In this document: positions 10,006 to 22,325 of the stretch, one piece after another
Numbering within the stretch: position 1 is the stretch's first letter
How the letters are laid out: each line of letters begins with the position of its first letter
NCBI GenBank assembly: GCA_963693365.1
Contig: CAVNZM010000019.1
Span: forward strand, 133,272-197,271
Direction: 5' to 3'
Source: Amoebidium appalachense
Taxonomy: Eukaryota > Protista > Ichthyosporea
Length of the DNA: 64,000 nucleotides
Translations under genes and position numbers: made by a program
Notes under the pieces: model-generated
What the model was told of the DNA's origin: nothing
Database searches by the model: none
What the model saw: only the letters and a program-made list of their open reading frames with translations

Positions 10006-11472
10006 CTACACGCCCTCGGGGAACGGCAGGTGCCTGTACGACTTGTCGCCCATGTACTGCAGCTTCCGCCCGAGCGCCCACGGCATGTCGCACTGCGTGA
10101 TGTGCAGCAGCCGCGTCATGAACCGGTCCCACTTCGAGTCCATCAGGAACCCGGCCGCACGGAGGAGCCAGTGGTTGTAGAGGACCAGGTCGCAGTCACT
10201 GGAAAACACAAGCGGGCGGATGAGCCCGCTGGGGTCGGCGAGCACGACCAGGCGCACGTGCCTGAAGTTGACCATCTCGATGGTCGGGGGCATGTGGTAG
10301 ACGAGCTCCTTGTCGCTGAACATGGGCGCCGTGACGGTCAGCGAGCGCAGGTTGACGGCCTGCGCGATGGCCACCAGCGCGCGCGGGCTGTGGGGCACGT
10401 GCATGATCTCCAGCACATGGACGTCCTGCAGCGCCCAGTTGTGGGCGGGATGGAAGCACTCGAACTCGCGGGCGCCGGCCACAAGCAGCCGGTTGCCTGG
10501 GTAGTCACTGGGGCCGTCCGCAACGGTGGTGATCTCGATGTCGCGCACCTCCTTGCCGATCTGGACGCTGGTGCACCCGCGCAGCGTGCCGCGGGCCTGT
10601 GAGCACAGCAGCTCGACACGGTGGGCGCGATTGATGGTGTCGAACACCACCATGCCAAAGACGCACACGTGCACATTGCGCATGTTGACGCAGGACTCGA
10701 TGTTGTGGATGTTGTGGATACCGGGAGCGGAGCCGCCGCTGCCGTAGCCGTACTGGTGGCCGCACATGGAGCGGAAGCGGTAGTCCAGATGCAGTTTCAC
10801 AAGGCCCGCAGGCACATGCAGCGCCGTGCTGGGGATGGCGTAGATGTTAGAGGGGTTCACACGCGTGCACAGGTGGACGTGCAGATGGGCCAGGTTTTCG
10901 AGCGCAGTGAGATCCATGACTACACCAGGTGTGGGCCTGGGAGTGGCAGAGAAGGCAAGGGTCAGACTCGTCAGGTTCTGGATAGCGCGGCCCAGCAAGG
11001 CGAAGGGGGCGACAAGGGGGGTGCGGCACTTGAAGGAGTTGACCTCTGCGACCTTGAGGTTGGGAAACAGGTCTGGGTAGATGGGCTCCGTGCTGGTGTA
11101 GCGGTGGTTATGGGCAGCCTTTGCATGGTGGTTGGCCAGGTCCCGGTACTCATCAAGAACCATGTGGAGAACGAAGCGCATGGGCGGAAGCTCGGCAAGG
11201 CGCTTGTAGTCAGCAGTGGTGGCAAGGACGTGGGTGGCACGGACGCGCGTGGCAAACTCGATTGACTTCGGACCCTTGGATAGGTCGACGCGCATGTGGC
11301 TGTTCGGGCGCGCCAGCTCTGCCTCGTGTACGTGGCGAAGCGCTCGGCAGGTGAGCGCAATGCTGCGACGTGAGCGTGCATCCAGGAAGGAGCAGATGTA
11401 CAGAAGCAGGTAGTGGTTGCCCAAGACCAGCTGTTGCGCGCTGGGAGAAAGGGTGGACTGATCGGCGCCCAT
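10006..11472 (-). CDS. F-box-like/LRR protein (copy of 987-2453)
   Basis: Virtually identical translation from MGADQS onward. Confidence 0.65.
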   Translation of the reverse strand: MGADQSTLSPSAQQLVLGNHYLLLYICSFLDARSRRSIALTCRALRHVHEAELARPNSHMRVDLSKGPKSIEFATRVRATHVLATTADYKRLAELPPMRFVLHMVLDEYRDLANHHAKAAHNHRYTSTEPIYPDLFPNLKVAEVNSFKCRTPLVAPFALLGRAIQNLTSLTLAFSATPRPTPGVVMDLTALENLAHLHVHLCTRVNPSNIYAIPSTALHVPAGLVKLHLDYRFRSMCGHQYGYGSGGSAPGIHNIHNIESCVNMRNVHVCVFGMVVFDTINRAHRVELLCSQARGTLRGCTSVQIGKEVRDIEITTVADGPSDYPGNRLLVAGAREFECFHPAHNWALQDVHVLEIMHVPHSPRALVAIAQAVNLRSLTVTAPMFSDKELVYHMPPTIEMVNFRHVRLVVLADPSGLIRPLVFSSDCDLVLYNHWLLRAAGFLMDSKWDRFMTRLLHITQCDMPWALGRKLQYMGDKSYRHLPFPEGV

Positions 11473-12246
11473 TGTGATGAACGCGCCGTGAAGTTCGTAT
11501 GGAGAGTGAAGTTTGAAAGCTGTGCTCTGGTATACCCCTCCCTGAGAGCCAACACCAATAGCGTGCTGACCAATCAGACGCGTTGACCAATCAGACGTAC
11601 CGACCAATCAGACGTTTGGAGTGCCGACCAATCAGCGTGATGTCCAATCGGATAGAGGGTCTTGTATTCCTGTGGAAGATGACCGAAGGATCTGTAGCCA
11701 AGGCATGCAGCGTCTGATTGGCTCAGTTACAGCATTTGTGTTATTTTAAAATTGACTGGTTATGATACAGTATTGATGTGATGTGAACGTCGCGATTTAC
11801 AACACTCCAAGCACGCCAATTTGAAAACAAAACCGAAATATTAATTAGAAAACAATACAGAAATATTTAAACCCGATTTATACGAACATTTTTGCCATTG
11901 TTTTCCTATTGAACAGGTTGTTGTTTTAGTTTCTACTCAGAGTTCGGAAAAGCGACTCGCGGTCAGGGTTATAACCGAAAGGGGATCCCTGAAACAAAAA
12001 CCCTATATACATAGGATGTCTGTTTCGTTAAATCAAATTGACGGAGTTCGAACCTCCCATTCTTGTGGCTTTCACAACAGTTACTTCTTCTATAGCTTAT
12101 GCATTTCGTTTCATTTCAGTTGCAATTTATTGCGCCGAAGGACACTTTCGCACCCTGGCAAAGCCACTGGACCAATCAAATTGGCTATAGGACCCATATA
12201 ACACCATCACTGCTTCGGATGCTGCCAGTCTTGCAAACCTGCAGCT

Positions 12247-13263
12247 ATGAACCACAAGCCAAACGTTAACCTGTGGCGCCTGCGCGACAAGCTCTTCCAA
12301 GCGACAACACCGGCCAGCGAGGCAGCGCTCATGGGCGTTCCCGTCTTCGGCGAATTCGACATGCACTCGCCCCCAGCCAACATGCACTCGTTCCCCGCCA
12401 ACACAAAACCTGCACGCGCAATACCGCCCAAAGACGACTGCGTGCATGCACAGCCCTCCCAACCCCCTTTTGCAGTTGTGCACGCACCGCCCCTGTGCAG
12501 CAAGGACGTGCGAGTGTACCCGTTGCAGACAACATGGCCACCACCACCGGGCAAGATTCCGCTACGCAGGATTCTCCCGTACAAGACTTCAGGTGCTGCG
12601 GCCAGCGACGTGGAACAAAAGCAACGGGATGTATTTTATTGGAAGGCAGGGGCGAATCCAAGTAGACGTGGACGGTACTTACGCAAAAACAAGATGGGGG
12701 CCTCCAAAAAACTCACCTCCCCGCGCCTACCAGTGGCAGTCAACGCCGAACCCAACGCGCCCTGGCGACCACTCTCTTTTCCGGATTTGGACACGGAAGA
12801 GACCACAGAGGCAGCGGATAGGGAGAACGCAGCAGCGCCCCCAAGCAGCCAGGTGTGCGAAGCAGCAGCGCCCCCAAGCAGCCAGGTGTGCGAAGCAGCA
12901 CGCGAGCCGCTCGTGTACGAGGACCACAGTTCCGTCGACGTCGACGACCAGGTGGCCTTCACGGGGCAGATGGTATCCACGAGCAGCCCCCAGTCGGAGA
13001 CAACGGGAGAGCAGTGCGAGATCTGGGTGTCTGTCGATCGATCTCCGCACCCCCCATACATCTACTACAACGTGAAGCATGTCATAGTGCAAGTAACAAA
13101 CAAGGGTTCTAAAATACACATCGCATACGAGGAGGCCTCCTCCAACCAGCTGTGGCAACTGCAATTTAAGGACAACAAGAAGCCTTTGCATGTAGTCATA
13201 GGAGGCAATGGAGAAAACACTGTTGCGGTGAATGAGGTGTGGGTGTGCATTCGACCAGGATAG
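12247..13263 (+). CDS. Hypothetical protein with 11-aa tandem duplication (AAAPPSSQVCE x2)
   Basis: 338-aa ATG ORF whose 5' part is conserved in the left arm. Confidence 0.6.
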   Translation: MNHKPNVNLWRLRDKLFQATTPASEAALMGVPVFGEFDMHSPPANMHSFPANTKPARAIPPKDDCVHAQPSQPPFAVVHAPPLCSKDVRVYPLQTTWPPPPGKIPLRRILPYKTSGAAASDVEQKQRDVFYWKAGANPSRRGRYLRKNKMGASKKLTSPRLPVAVNAEPNAPWRPLSFPDLDTEETTEAADRENAAAPPSSQVCEAAAPPSSQVCEAAREPLVYEDHSSVDVDDQVAFTGQMVSTSSPQSETTGEQCEIWVSVDRSPHPPYIYYNVKHVIVQVTNKGSKIHIAYEEASSNQLWQLQFKDNKKPLHVVIGGNGENTVAVNEVWVCIRPG

Positions 13264-13591
13264 TGGTGTGGGGTGTTTGCTGGGTGGGTGAATGTGTATG
13301 GGAGAGAGGAATGCTATACCCATAGAAAATATAGACAGGGCAGTGTGTACAAGTACCACAATGTGATATGCTATGATATGCCCCAACCCATACATGTGCA
13401 AATGTGCAAACCAGCGCAAATATCCCATCGTTTGTTTCTTACGATGTCTTCTCATAAGCACGATTTGGTGCAAACATCATCTATGTATCTGAACCCTAAC
13501 ATGTAAGCGAGACTTCACGACAGCAAGATTGAATAAAACAAAAGTCAATACATAACCACACTTGGACGTATCTGAAACATGCATGTGCGTA

Positions 13592-13606
13592 TGTGTGTGT
13601 GGTGTG

Positions 13607-13666
<60 letters not shown>

Positions 13667-13718
13667 TGTGTGTGTGTGTGGTGTGTGTGGTGTGTGTGGT
13701 GTGTGTGTGTGTGTGTGT

Positions 13719-13759
<41 letters not shown>

Positions 13760-13770
13760 CTGTGTGTGTG
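13592..13770. repeat. (TG)n microsatellite
   Basis: Direct observation. Confidence 0.97.
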
Positions 13771-13794
13771 TACAGATGTACAGATGCCAAGTCT

Positions 13795-14973
13795 TCACGA
13801 TTTATTTTGCGGGGTGCCCGGGGTGGCCGGCACCCACACATTTTGCCACCCAGAGGGGAAAAGCATCCACAACCACTCACCCTGGGGGGAGTTGGGATCT
13901 TCAACTTCTAAATTCTTGCATACAGTATCTTTAACAGGCGGTGTGAGCGGGCTTGGGGATGGGTATGGGCTTGGTGGAAGAGATGTGCATGGTGGGGGTT
14001 GGGGAGAGAAATGGGTGTTTGTGTGGGCTTGTGGGGCAGGAACAAGTCTTCGGGGGGCCAAACCCGGTCGCAGCTGTCGTCTACGGCCAACAAGCCTCCT
14101 CGCGCAGCCGTCCACACCATGCTGATGCTGCAGGACGAGTGTGTGGCAGTCGGCACACACGAGCACGGTGGCAGGGCGTGCAAAGACGTGCACGCAGTGT
14201 GGACAAGGACAGGAATGGAAGCGGAGGGGGAGGTCGGCGGCCACGTAGGCCTGGGGTGTGCCGGGCGAAGCTGGGCGGCGGCGGCAGCTGCACAAGGGGC
14301 AGTATTCGAGGGCGGGGGTGTACATGTCAGTGACAAGGTGGCGCAGGCGACCCGCACACATGTGAGCGAGAAAGGCCTCCGCATTGCGGTAGTGTGTGCA
14401 TGCACAGACGGGGGAGGCACATTCGGGCACGGGAGCGGGGAAGCCAACGTGCCACATGGCACATGCAGGGTTGTGCGGGGCCATGCGGTGGGCGGTGGGG
14501 AGGGGGTCTGGGATGTCGGGTATGCACGTGCATGGGACGGGTATGGTGGTCAGCAGGGAGTAGACGGCATTCCAAGCCCGCCGACGCTGTGTGTTGATAT
14601 AGTTGTGGGTGCGACGGGCGATGCGGAAGGCACAGTGGGTGCCGCTACGGCATGTGTCGCAGCAGCCGGGGAGGCCGGGCATGGGAGAAGAGTGAGTCGA
14701 CAGCGAGGTGAAGCACGAACTACACAGACGGGGAACACTTGTTGCCGCAAGGGTCAGGCAGTGGTCGCAGCCACAAACAAAATGGGTGATGGCGGGGAAG
14801 TGTTTTGATTTCGTCTTGAGATGCGGGGTGTTGTGGTAACCGCAGACGGCACACGCGTCGGAAGAGCCGTCACAGACGCGAAGGTCTGTGCAACGAGTGC
14901 ATTCACACCCTTCAACGGGCTTTGGGGGTGAAGGGAGGGGAGGGGGGAGTGGGTGGGGGAGTGGGGCGTTCAT
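13795..14973 (-). CDS. Cys/His-rich putative multi-zinc-binding protein
   Basis: Many CxC and CxxC pairs (CECTRC, CAVC, CGCDHC, CSSC, CPLC, CPCPHC, CADC) with an internally repeated module; Pro-rich ends. Confidence 0.6.
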   Translation of the reverse strand: MNAPLPHPLPPPLPSPPKPVEGCECTRCTDLRVCDGSSDACAVCGYHNTPHLKTKSKHFPAITHFVCGCDHCLTLAATSVPRLCSSCFTSLSTHSSPMPGLPGCCDTCRSGTHCAFRIARRTHNYINTQRRRAWNAVYSLLTTIPVPCTCIPDIPDPLPTAHRMAPHNPACAMWHVGFPAPVPECASPVCACTHYRNAEAFLAHMCAGRLRHLVTDMYTPALEYCPLCSCRRRPASPGTPQAYVAADLPLRFHSCPCPHCVHVFARPATVLVCADCHTLVLQHQHGVDGCARRLVGRRRQLRPGLAPRRLVPAPQAHTNTHFSPQPPPCTSLPPSPYPSPSPLTPPVKDTVCKNLEVEDPNSPQGEWLWMLFPSGWQNVWVPATPGTPQNKS

Positions 14974-15455
14974 GTTTTGCAAGGGTGGGTGAAGAGAAAT
15001 CGCTGTGAGCGAAAGGTGAACAAACGAAACCGATTGAGGTGAGAGTTGATGTCCATGTGACACCGTTTGCCTGTCACCCAATCTTCAATTAAAAAATGTC
15101 ATTGCATCATGGAAATCTCCCACAAGCGACAAAAACAGTGGGGTTTATTGAAACAATATTTACAGGGCAAGCCGCGCCACGGAATGCGATTTAATCAGAC
15201 AAGATCGATAAACCCCCCTTTCTCCTCAGCGATCAAAGGGTGATTATCAGATGTCAAACGATCTGATTGGTCAGCTTTTTATCACGTGACATGATAAGAT
15301 TATTACACATTTGATAGGTAGGCATGGGCCATCGGGCCTGTCAAATACAAACAAGGTTGCAAAAGCTCACGCGCGAGACAACGCGCAATGTTTAGCGGCT
15401 ATTGTTGATGATTATGTAGGTGTATATAAAGACTGAAATCCCAACAGAAGAGGCC

Positions 15456-15767
15456 ATGGCGCAAACACAAAATCACAAACCGGCTGCGCTTACGATGCCG
15501 AAGCTAAACGGAGCAAAGCCCAAACCCACCAGTACAAGCGCGCCCAAACCGGCTGCGCTTACGATGCCGAAGCTAAACGGAGCAAAGCCCAAACCCACCA
15601 GTACAAGCGCACTCAAGCCAGCTAAAAAAAAGTATGTATCCCAGGACAAGTGCCCTAACAACTCCAAATCGTGCAAGCTTGCACGGCGCTGCCCCGTGTG
15701 CACAGGACTCGTGCGACGCATCCATCCGTACATGTCCGCCCAACCTAAAGACTCCGATCCATCCTGA
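15456..15767 (+). CDS. Small basic protein with 23-aa tandem repeat and Cys cluster
   Basis: TATATAAA at 15423; 69-bp tandem repeat at 15476-15611; CPNNSKSCKLARRCPVC. Confidence 0.55.
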   Translation: MAQTQNHKPAALTMPKLNGAKPKPTSTSAPKPAALTMPKLNGAKPKPTSTSALKPAKKKYVSQDKCPNNSKSCKLARRCPVCTGLVRRIHPYMSAQPKDSDPS

Positions 15768-16434
15768 AGCACGCGCACACTTCGTGTCCGGCCGGGGTGT
15801 CCTGGCGCTCCGGCATGGCATAGAAGAAGGACTTGGGCTCCAGGGGCAACTGGCGTATGCCGGCAAAGTCCTTCTCGAGGGAGCGACCCAGCTTCCTCAG
15901 GTCGCGCAGCTGGGGGTCCTTGTGGGTGCTGCTGGCTGGGACGCCGTGTGGATGGGGTACGTCAACATCCAGAGCCTCAAGGGCGCGCGAGAGAAACGTG
16001 TAGAGGTGCAACGTGTTGATGTCGAGCGCAGACGCTATCGAAACGCCCGTGTCTATATTGATGCGCTGGGCAAGCACCTTGAAAACCAGCGCCTCGGCGT
16101 GCGGGGCGCAGATGTTGCGGGTCTTGAAGCGTGAAGTGACTTGCACATTGGCCACCTTTTCAAGGATGGTCACCAGGCTGTGGACGTCAAGCACGGATGT
16201 CGAGCTGAGTGTGGCCACCAGGAAACCGACAAAGGTAGCGCGAATGTGGCGGGTGGCATCCAGAGGGGTGGTGGAAGGGGGCGCGCCGCGGGTCTTCTCA
16301 TAGAGCCGGGTTTCGTGCAAGTGCAGCTCCTTGTTGCGGGCGCTGTTAAACCATCCCAGAAAATCGAGGGCCAGGGGGGACTCGTACAAGACCTGGGTGG
16401 TCAGGTGAAGAAACGCAGCGGGCGAGACCAGCAT
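15745..16434 (-). CDS. Hypothetical protein (may extend 5' across a frameshift)
   Basis: 229-aa ORF with GC3 bias. Confidence 0.5.
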   Translation of the reverse strand: MLVSPAAFLHLTTQVLYESPLALDFLGWFNSARNKELHLHETRLYEKTRGAPPSTTPLDATRHIRATFVGFLVATLSSTSVLDVHSLVTILEKVANVQVTSRFKTRNICAPHAEALVFKVLAQRINIDTGVSIASALDINTLHLYTFLSRALEALDVDVPHPHGVPASSTHKDPQLRDLRKLGRSLEKDFAGIRQLPLEPKSFFYAMPERQDTPAGHEVCACFRMDRSL

Positions 16435-16667
16435 GAAGTTGCCCTCCTTGTAGTAGTGCGGGGAACCCTGTAGGAATCACCAAGTATCAGCATGGATTGA
16501 GTATGGCGGGGGTGGGTCCCCCTTAATCGGTTCCGAGAACACGGGGAAGAGATAGTCAAGGACACTGAGAAAGAACATGCCCACGCAAAACGCCACCGTA
16601 GCCACGACCACTATGGTGCCCGGATCCACCATTTAGTAGGGGTGTCGATAAAGTGTCGGTGGAAGCT

Positions 16668-16673
16668 TCAAAA

Positions 16674-16743
<70 letters not shown>

Positions 16744-17555
16744 GTGTGTGTTAAGCCTTGTGTGTGGGGGGGGGGGGGGGGGGGCCCTCCTACCGCTTCT
16801 GTGCCTGGTACATCACGGGCGTTTGCGATTTTGGCCTGATCGAGACGGTCGCGTATCTCATCGATGTCCCTGAAGCCGAGAAGCGCACAGATGCTACCAG
16901 CGTCGAGGTAGGAGAGCTGCTCTTTGCTAGCTGCAAAAGGGAGCGTGCAGCTGATGAACGGTACAAGGCACAACGGGCTAAGTCTGTCGAGCGCCTCGCC
17001 CAACATCTGTGAAACAGGCAGGGGTGCAAGATGGCGCCTCCAATCACCAGCAGTGGCGAGGGCTTTGATTTCACCAGGTGGCTTTTTGGTCATTGAGATG
17101 TTAGCGCGCGAGCGCTTCCATTGTCTCGTATCGGAATCCTGGTTCTCGGCAGACCTGAGCCGGCCAAACCATGTTGTTGCTGGCGTGGTTGTGGTGGGTG
17201 GCAGCGTGGGGGCGTGAGAGGAGACCGCTTGCAGATGCAGACGTGCGGGAACAGGACGCGCCGGAGAGGGGGGGATTGTCTCGCCGCAGACCATGTCGAA
17301 GTCGAAGACGTGGTGCTGGCCGTGGCTCTTAGCCGTCGTCGGGGTGGGCGCATGGAGCATGGAGCCGTCACCTAGTTGGTTGTCAAAAGCAGCAAAATCG
17401 TCGGACGTCAGCGGAATGAAGTCGGTACTCTGTATGATGTCCAGGTCGGGTTGTGGGGTGGGTGGAAACGTGAAGGTGCTGAATACGGCCGGCTGGGAGA
17501 CAGGCGCAGCGCCAGGAGCGCCGATGTCCATCGCGGTGTGCAGTGTCTGTGACAT
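16668..17555 (-). CDS. Hypothetical protein with acidic/Pro-rich N-terminus; 3' end uncertain because it runs into a microsatellite
   Basis: Long ORF. YLDAGSICALLGFRD is weakly Bro-N-like. FDFDM...IPPSP resembles 39763-40508. Confidence 0.5.
16676..16750. repeat. (TG)n microsatellite followed by poly-G
   Basis: Direct observation. Confidence 0.95.
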
Positions 17556-18427
17556 GTACATTTTGTATGTGTCACCTGAGTGTCTGTGGTTGTAGAATGA
17601 TGGCAGAGGCCTACGAGATGTTGACTTAAATAGCTGGCTGCGCCACCTGGTGAGCCAATTGAGAACATGTTTTTTTATTGGTTATTGAATGACCAATCGA
17701 AACAACCGGTGATACAATTGGATGCTGCATTTGTTCCTGGAGTGCACGCGATTGGCAGTAACGCTTGATTGGCTTTTTGGTGATCTCAGTATTGGGAGTG
17801 AGTGCAAAAGGACTGAAGCCATTTCGGAGCCCTTGACTGCCTAAATGTTTACAAATATACCATGAACTCTTTGGCGCAGCAATCCATTTTCTCTCTCGCG
17901 ATTTTGCTTGAATTAAATCGTGTTTTACGCATCTACGCATCTATCCCCCCACCAAATAACGGCTTCCAAGAGAACATTTGGAAATCCAGGTTAGGCCAAT
18001 CAAATTCTACCGAAAACCGATTGGATGAAGTCTCAGCCCCAAGAGAACAATTTGCATATTGATGAACCCATGATGGAAAGTCTCACGCTTATGCACCCAC
18101 CATGAAAAATACAATTCAAGATTTTTTGCATTTATTGTAATTACAATTGAGAGCTTATGTTGCACAGGTTATTCCCACGTACAGCGCAGAACTACATGAT
18201 GCAGATGGCCCATCATCCCCAGCGCCAACCAAGTCTATTTAAGTAAGCGGATGACGTCAAAATGACGTCAACGCATATGATGACATATCTACTCTGATAA
18301 CAAAGAACACCCGCCGGCAGGCGCGCTGGCGCTGCGCTCTAGCGCTGCACAGCCTGACACAATTCCGAGCAAGCACACACACACACACAACTCAATTCTA
18401 ATTTATAATAGCGCTATCATCGGTAAG

Positions 18428-18569
<142 letters not shown>

Positions 18570-18738
18570 CGAGTTGCGTCATCACTTTTGGTTTTTGGTC
18601 AGGGTTAGCCATGACATATTGGTTGGACTTTTTTAATTGGGTCTGGTTGCACCGAGTTGTGTCATCACTTTTGGTTTTTGGTCAGGGTTACACTAACGCA
18701 ACACAGCCTGACACAACCGAGCCACCAGCGCTACACAA

Positions 18739-18782
<44 letters not shown>

Positions 18783-18881
18783 GAAAGCTACACTACTACG
18801 AAGCTACGAAAGCTACGCTACACACAACTCTAGCGCTATACACTAACACCCCCAATCAACCAGCGCTACACAACTCTCACT

Positions 18882-20486
18882 TCACTCACTATCACTGTCC
18901 GCAATCACCACAACATCAACGGGGCCCTCGGGCTTCTGCAGGCGGGCGACCTTGCGCTTCCGCCCCAGCCGCCCGCGCTGCACATACACGTCCAGCTGGG
19001 TCTGCCCCTTGAGCTGCTCGCCGCGCTCGACCAGGGGGTCGTTGAGGCTGACGGTGCGCCCGAGCTCCAGCGGCTCGATGTCGGGGAACTTGTCCTGGAT
19101 GGCCTCCAGCCACGACGCCAGCTCGACGTGCACCTCGTACTCGGCAGCGCCCGTGTCCGCGTTGTTGATGGTCGACTGGCGCAGCACCGGCGCCTTGCAG
19201 TACTCGACGTACCAGCGCGTGTAGTTGTAGACAAAGGTGTACAGCTGCTGCGTGGTCATGTCGGTCGAGTACTTGGGCTCCTCGCCGGTCCACAGCCGGA
19301 TGCGCTCCTTCATGGCCTTCTGCAGCCCGGTGGTGGCGATGATGTTGGAAATCTCCCCCGACTGGAACACAAAGCACACGCCCGTGGTGGCCATGATCAT
19401 GCCCGTGTACGTGCTGGCGCAGCGCACGCCTTCGCCGTACAGCGTGTCCACGCACACATACGCGAACGCGCGCGTCAGGCGCTTGAACTTATGGTTGTCC
19501 GTGTACGTGCCGCCGGTTGTGAGAGGCATGCGGGTCGGGAGGGTGAGTGGTTCGAGCTTCACGCGGGCGAGAGCGGCAGCGAGGGTGGCGAGCGCCTCAG
19601 CCTGGGCGGCCTCCGCGGCCTCCTTGGCGCCCATGGCCTGCGTCGCGCTCGGCGGCAGCCTCGGCAGCAAGGGCTTCGGCCGCAGCAAGGGTGGCGCGCA
19701 GGGCGGAGAGGGCTTCCCGTCCTTGGTTCGGTGGCAGCCATGACGGGCAAAGGCTTCTGGCAACATCAAGGCCAGCCCACACTCGGACTGTGTGGCCCAG
19801 GATGCCAGGGTTGGCGAGCCCGAGGCCATGCGGAACCCCTCTGGACTCAACAGGTGATCTTGTCCCGGACGACCTCCAATGCTCTGATGAAACAGAAGTT
19901 AAGCGATGACGTCACAAAGCCAATCAAAACTTTCCCGCTCGGAGCTGAAAGTGATGACGTCACAACGCCAATCAAAACTCAACCTGAAAAGTTTTGACGC
20001 CAACACTTTGGAGTTATGGTACAGACAAAGTGATGACGCAAAAATGACGAAATGACTTTTCAGCCCTGATCGTAAAAGTGACACTTTCGGTGAGCTTTGT
20101 CATGATCCCCATAACCAATGAGACTCTCCGGTAGAGCCGGGAATTAACCAAAACTTAACGAATTCTGAGATGTTCTCACTCACCTCCATCTCAACAACAC
20201 GGTAGTTGCCAGCCGGGACAAAGCCAGGAACACCATTCTGCCCCTTGAACATGACCCTCACGAAGTCATTGTAGCTCCGGTACCCCAGCAAGCGGAACAC
20301 AGCACGCCCGGAGATGGTCTCGGCGCTGTCCAGCAGGAACGGGTTGAGGAAGCGCAGCACCTTGACCACCACGTCGTCGCCCACGGTGCCCAGCAGGCGC
20401 TCGAGCTCGGGAGAGATGGGAGGGAAGCCGGCCTCTTTGGCACCGGCAATGTTGAGGCGCTCGTAGATGGCATAGGTGGAAGCCAT
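18882..20486 (-). CDS. AntA/MSV199-like DNA-binding protein, two exons: complement(join(18882..19883,20184..20486)), with local indels near 19600-19830
   Basis: Donor GAG|GTGAGT and acceptor TTAAC...TTTCATCAG. Splicing gives SGRAVFRLLGY..DF...Y..VEME-SIGGRPGQDHLLSPEGFR. The paralogue at 23621 has an intron at the same codon. Confidence 0.72.
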
Positions 20487-20883
20487 GGTCGCTGGTGGAA
20501 GAGTTGGGGCTTTGGGTTTGGGGGTTGAGTGCTGTGTGTGTACCGTAAAGGTGCTGGCTGTCCAGCGCTTGCTGTGATTATATAGGGAGGCGTCCGGCGC
20601 TTCATTGGTTGTACGCTTCATTGGTTGTAGGAGGAGAGGAATGGAATCCAGCATTCGATTGGAGCGGATTGCAAGAGAATACTGGTCCCAGATGATTGGG
20701 TCGATTTGTTCGGCGCTACGTGCACTTTTTACACATATGCTGCATGCCATTCCCCTGACCAATCGAATGCTGCATTCCACCCCCCCCCCCAATGAAGCGC
20801 TGCTTTACGGTGCTCACACACCCGTCACAACCCCTAGTGCCAACTTTTCAATTCTAATTGATAATAGCGCTATCATCGGTAAG

Positions 20884-20987
<104 letters not shown>

Positions 20988-21053
20988 ATAGCGCTAGAGT
21001 TGTGTAGCGCTGAAAGCGAATTATGAAGGCGCTCCCATCAGCGAGTTGGTTTG

Positions 21054-21448
21054 CACTCACCGACTATCCAATCAAATCACTGCAATGACTTCATCGGCGC
21101 TTTCATTATTCAAACTGTCGGGATGCGCGCGATTTGATTGGTGAGTTGAAGAGTTGCTACAGAAACCGACTTTCCATACCCCCACACACCACACACACCA
21201 TACACCTACATGTATACGTATGTTACAGTATCATTCTTGTATATGTAGGTATCCTTATAAATATAAATATAAATATATATATATATATTATACTAAAATA
21301 AAAGACATATGAACTTCATTTTTGTAAATATTTATTTATATATTTATAATAAATGAACATTGAAGTAGTATCACTACATGATCCTTTTGGAAGTAGGTTA
21401 GAAGAATATGAAAAGGTCAGTGTATACAAATAAAAATTAGAATACAAA

Positions 21449-21489
<41 letters not shown>

Positions 21490-22082
21490 GTGTATATAAG
21501 TATACATATGTATAAAAATATGTACGCTTGTATGTATATGTGTATGATATATATAGATGTATGTGTGTGTGGTGTGTGGGGGTATGGAAAGTCGGTTTCT
21601 GTAGCAACTCTTCAACTCACCAATCAAATCGCGCGCATCCCGACAGTTTGAATAATGAAAGCGCCGATAAAGTCATTCCAGTGATTTGATTGGATAGTCG
21701 GTGAGTGGCATCACACTTGAATATGGTAGAAAAAACCAAAAAAGCAAACATAGTTACTTTTACTCCATCATTTTTTTTTTTACCCGATATTTTTATCGAT
21801 AAGGTAAAAAAAAAAAAAACCCCTTTTTCCCCTTTTTATATTTATCTAATAGCGCTATGATTGGTAAGTGTGATTGCCACTCACCGACTATCCAATCAAA
21901 TCACTGGAATGACTTCATCGGCGCTTTCATTATTCAAACTGTCGGGATGCGCGCGATTTGATTGGTGAGTTGAAGAGTTGCTACAGAAACCGACTTTCCA
22001 TACCCCCACACACCACACACCATACACCTACATGTATACGTATGTTACAGTATCATTCTTGTATATGTAGGTATCTATATAA

Positions 22083-22123
<41 letters not shown>

Positions 22124-22280
22124 CTAAAATAAAAGACATATGAACTTCACTTTTGTAAATATTTATTTATATATTTATAATAAATGAACATTGAAGTAGT
22201 ATCACTACATGATCCTTTTGGAAGTAGGTTAGAAGAATATGAAAAGGTCAGTGTATACAAATAAAAATTAGAATACAAAG

Positions 22281-22325
<45 letters not shown>

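Larger units (their letters stand above)
7997..12472. repeat. Right arm of large imperfect inverted repeat
   Basis: Reverse complement of 1-4455. The F-box gene is near-identical; intergenic DNA and the helicase 3' part are more diverged. Confidence 0.95.

Noticed and set aside
1-12472. Terminal inverted repeats of a Polinton or transposon
   Set aside because: The arms contain genes and enclose only 3.5 kb with no integrase, pPolB or capsid gene.
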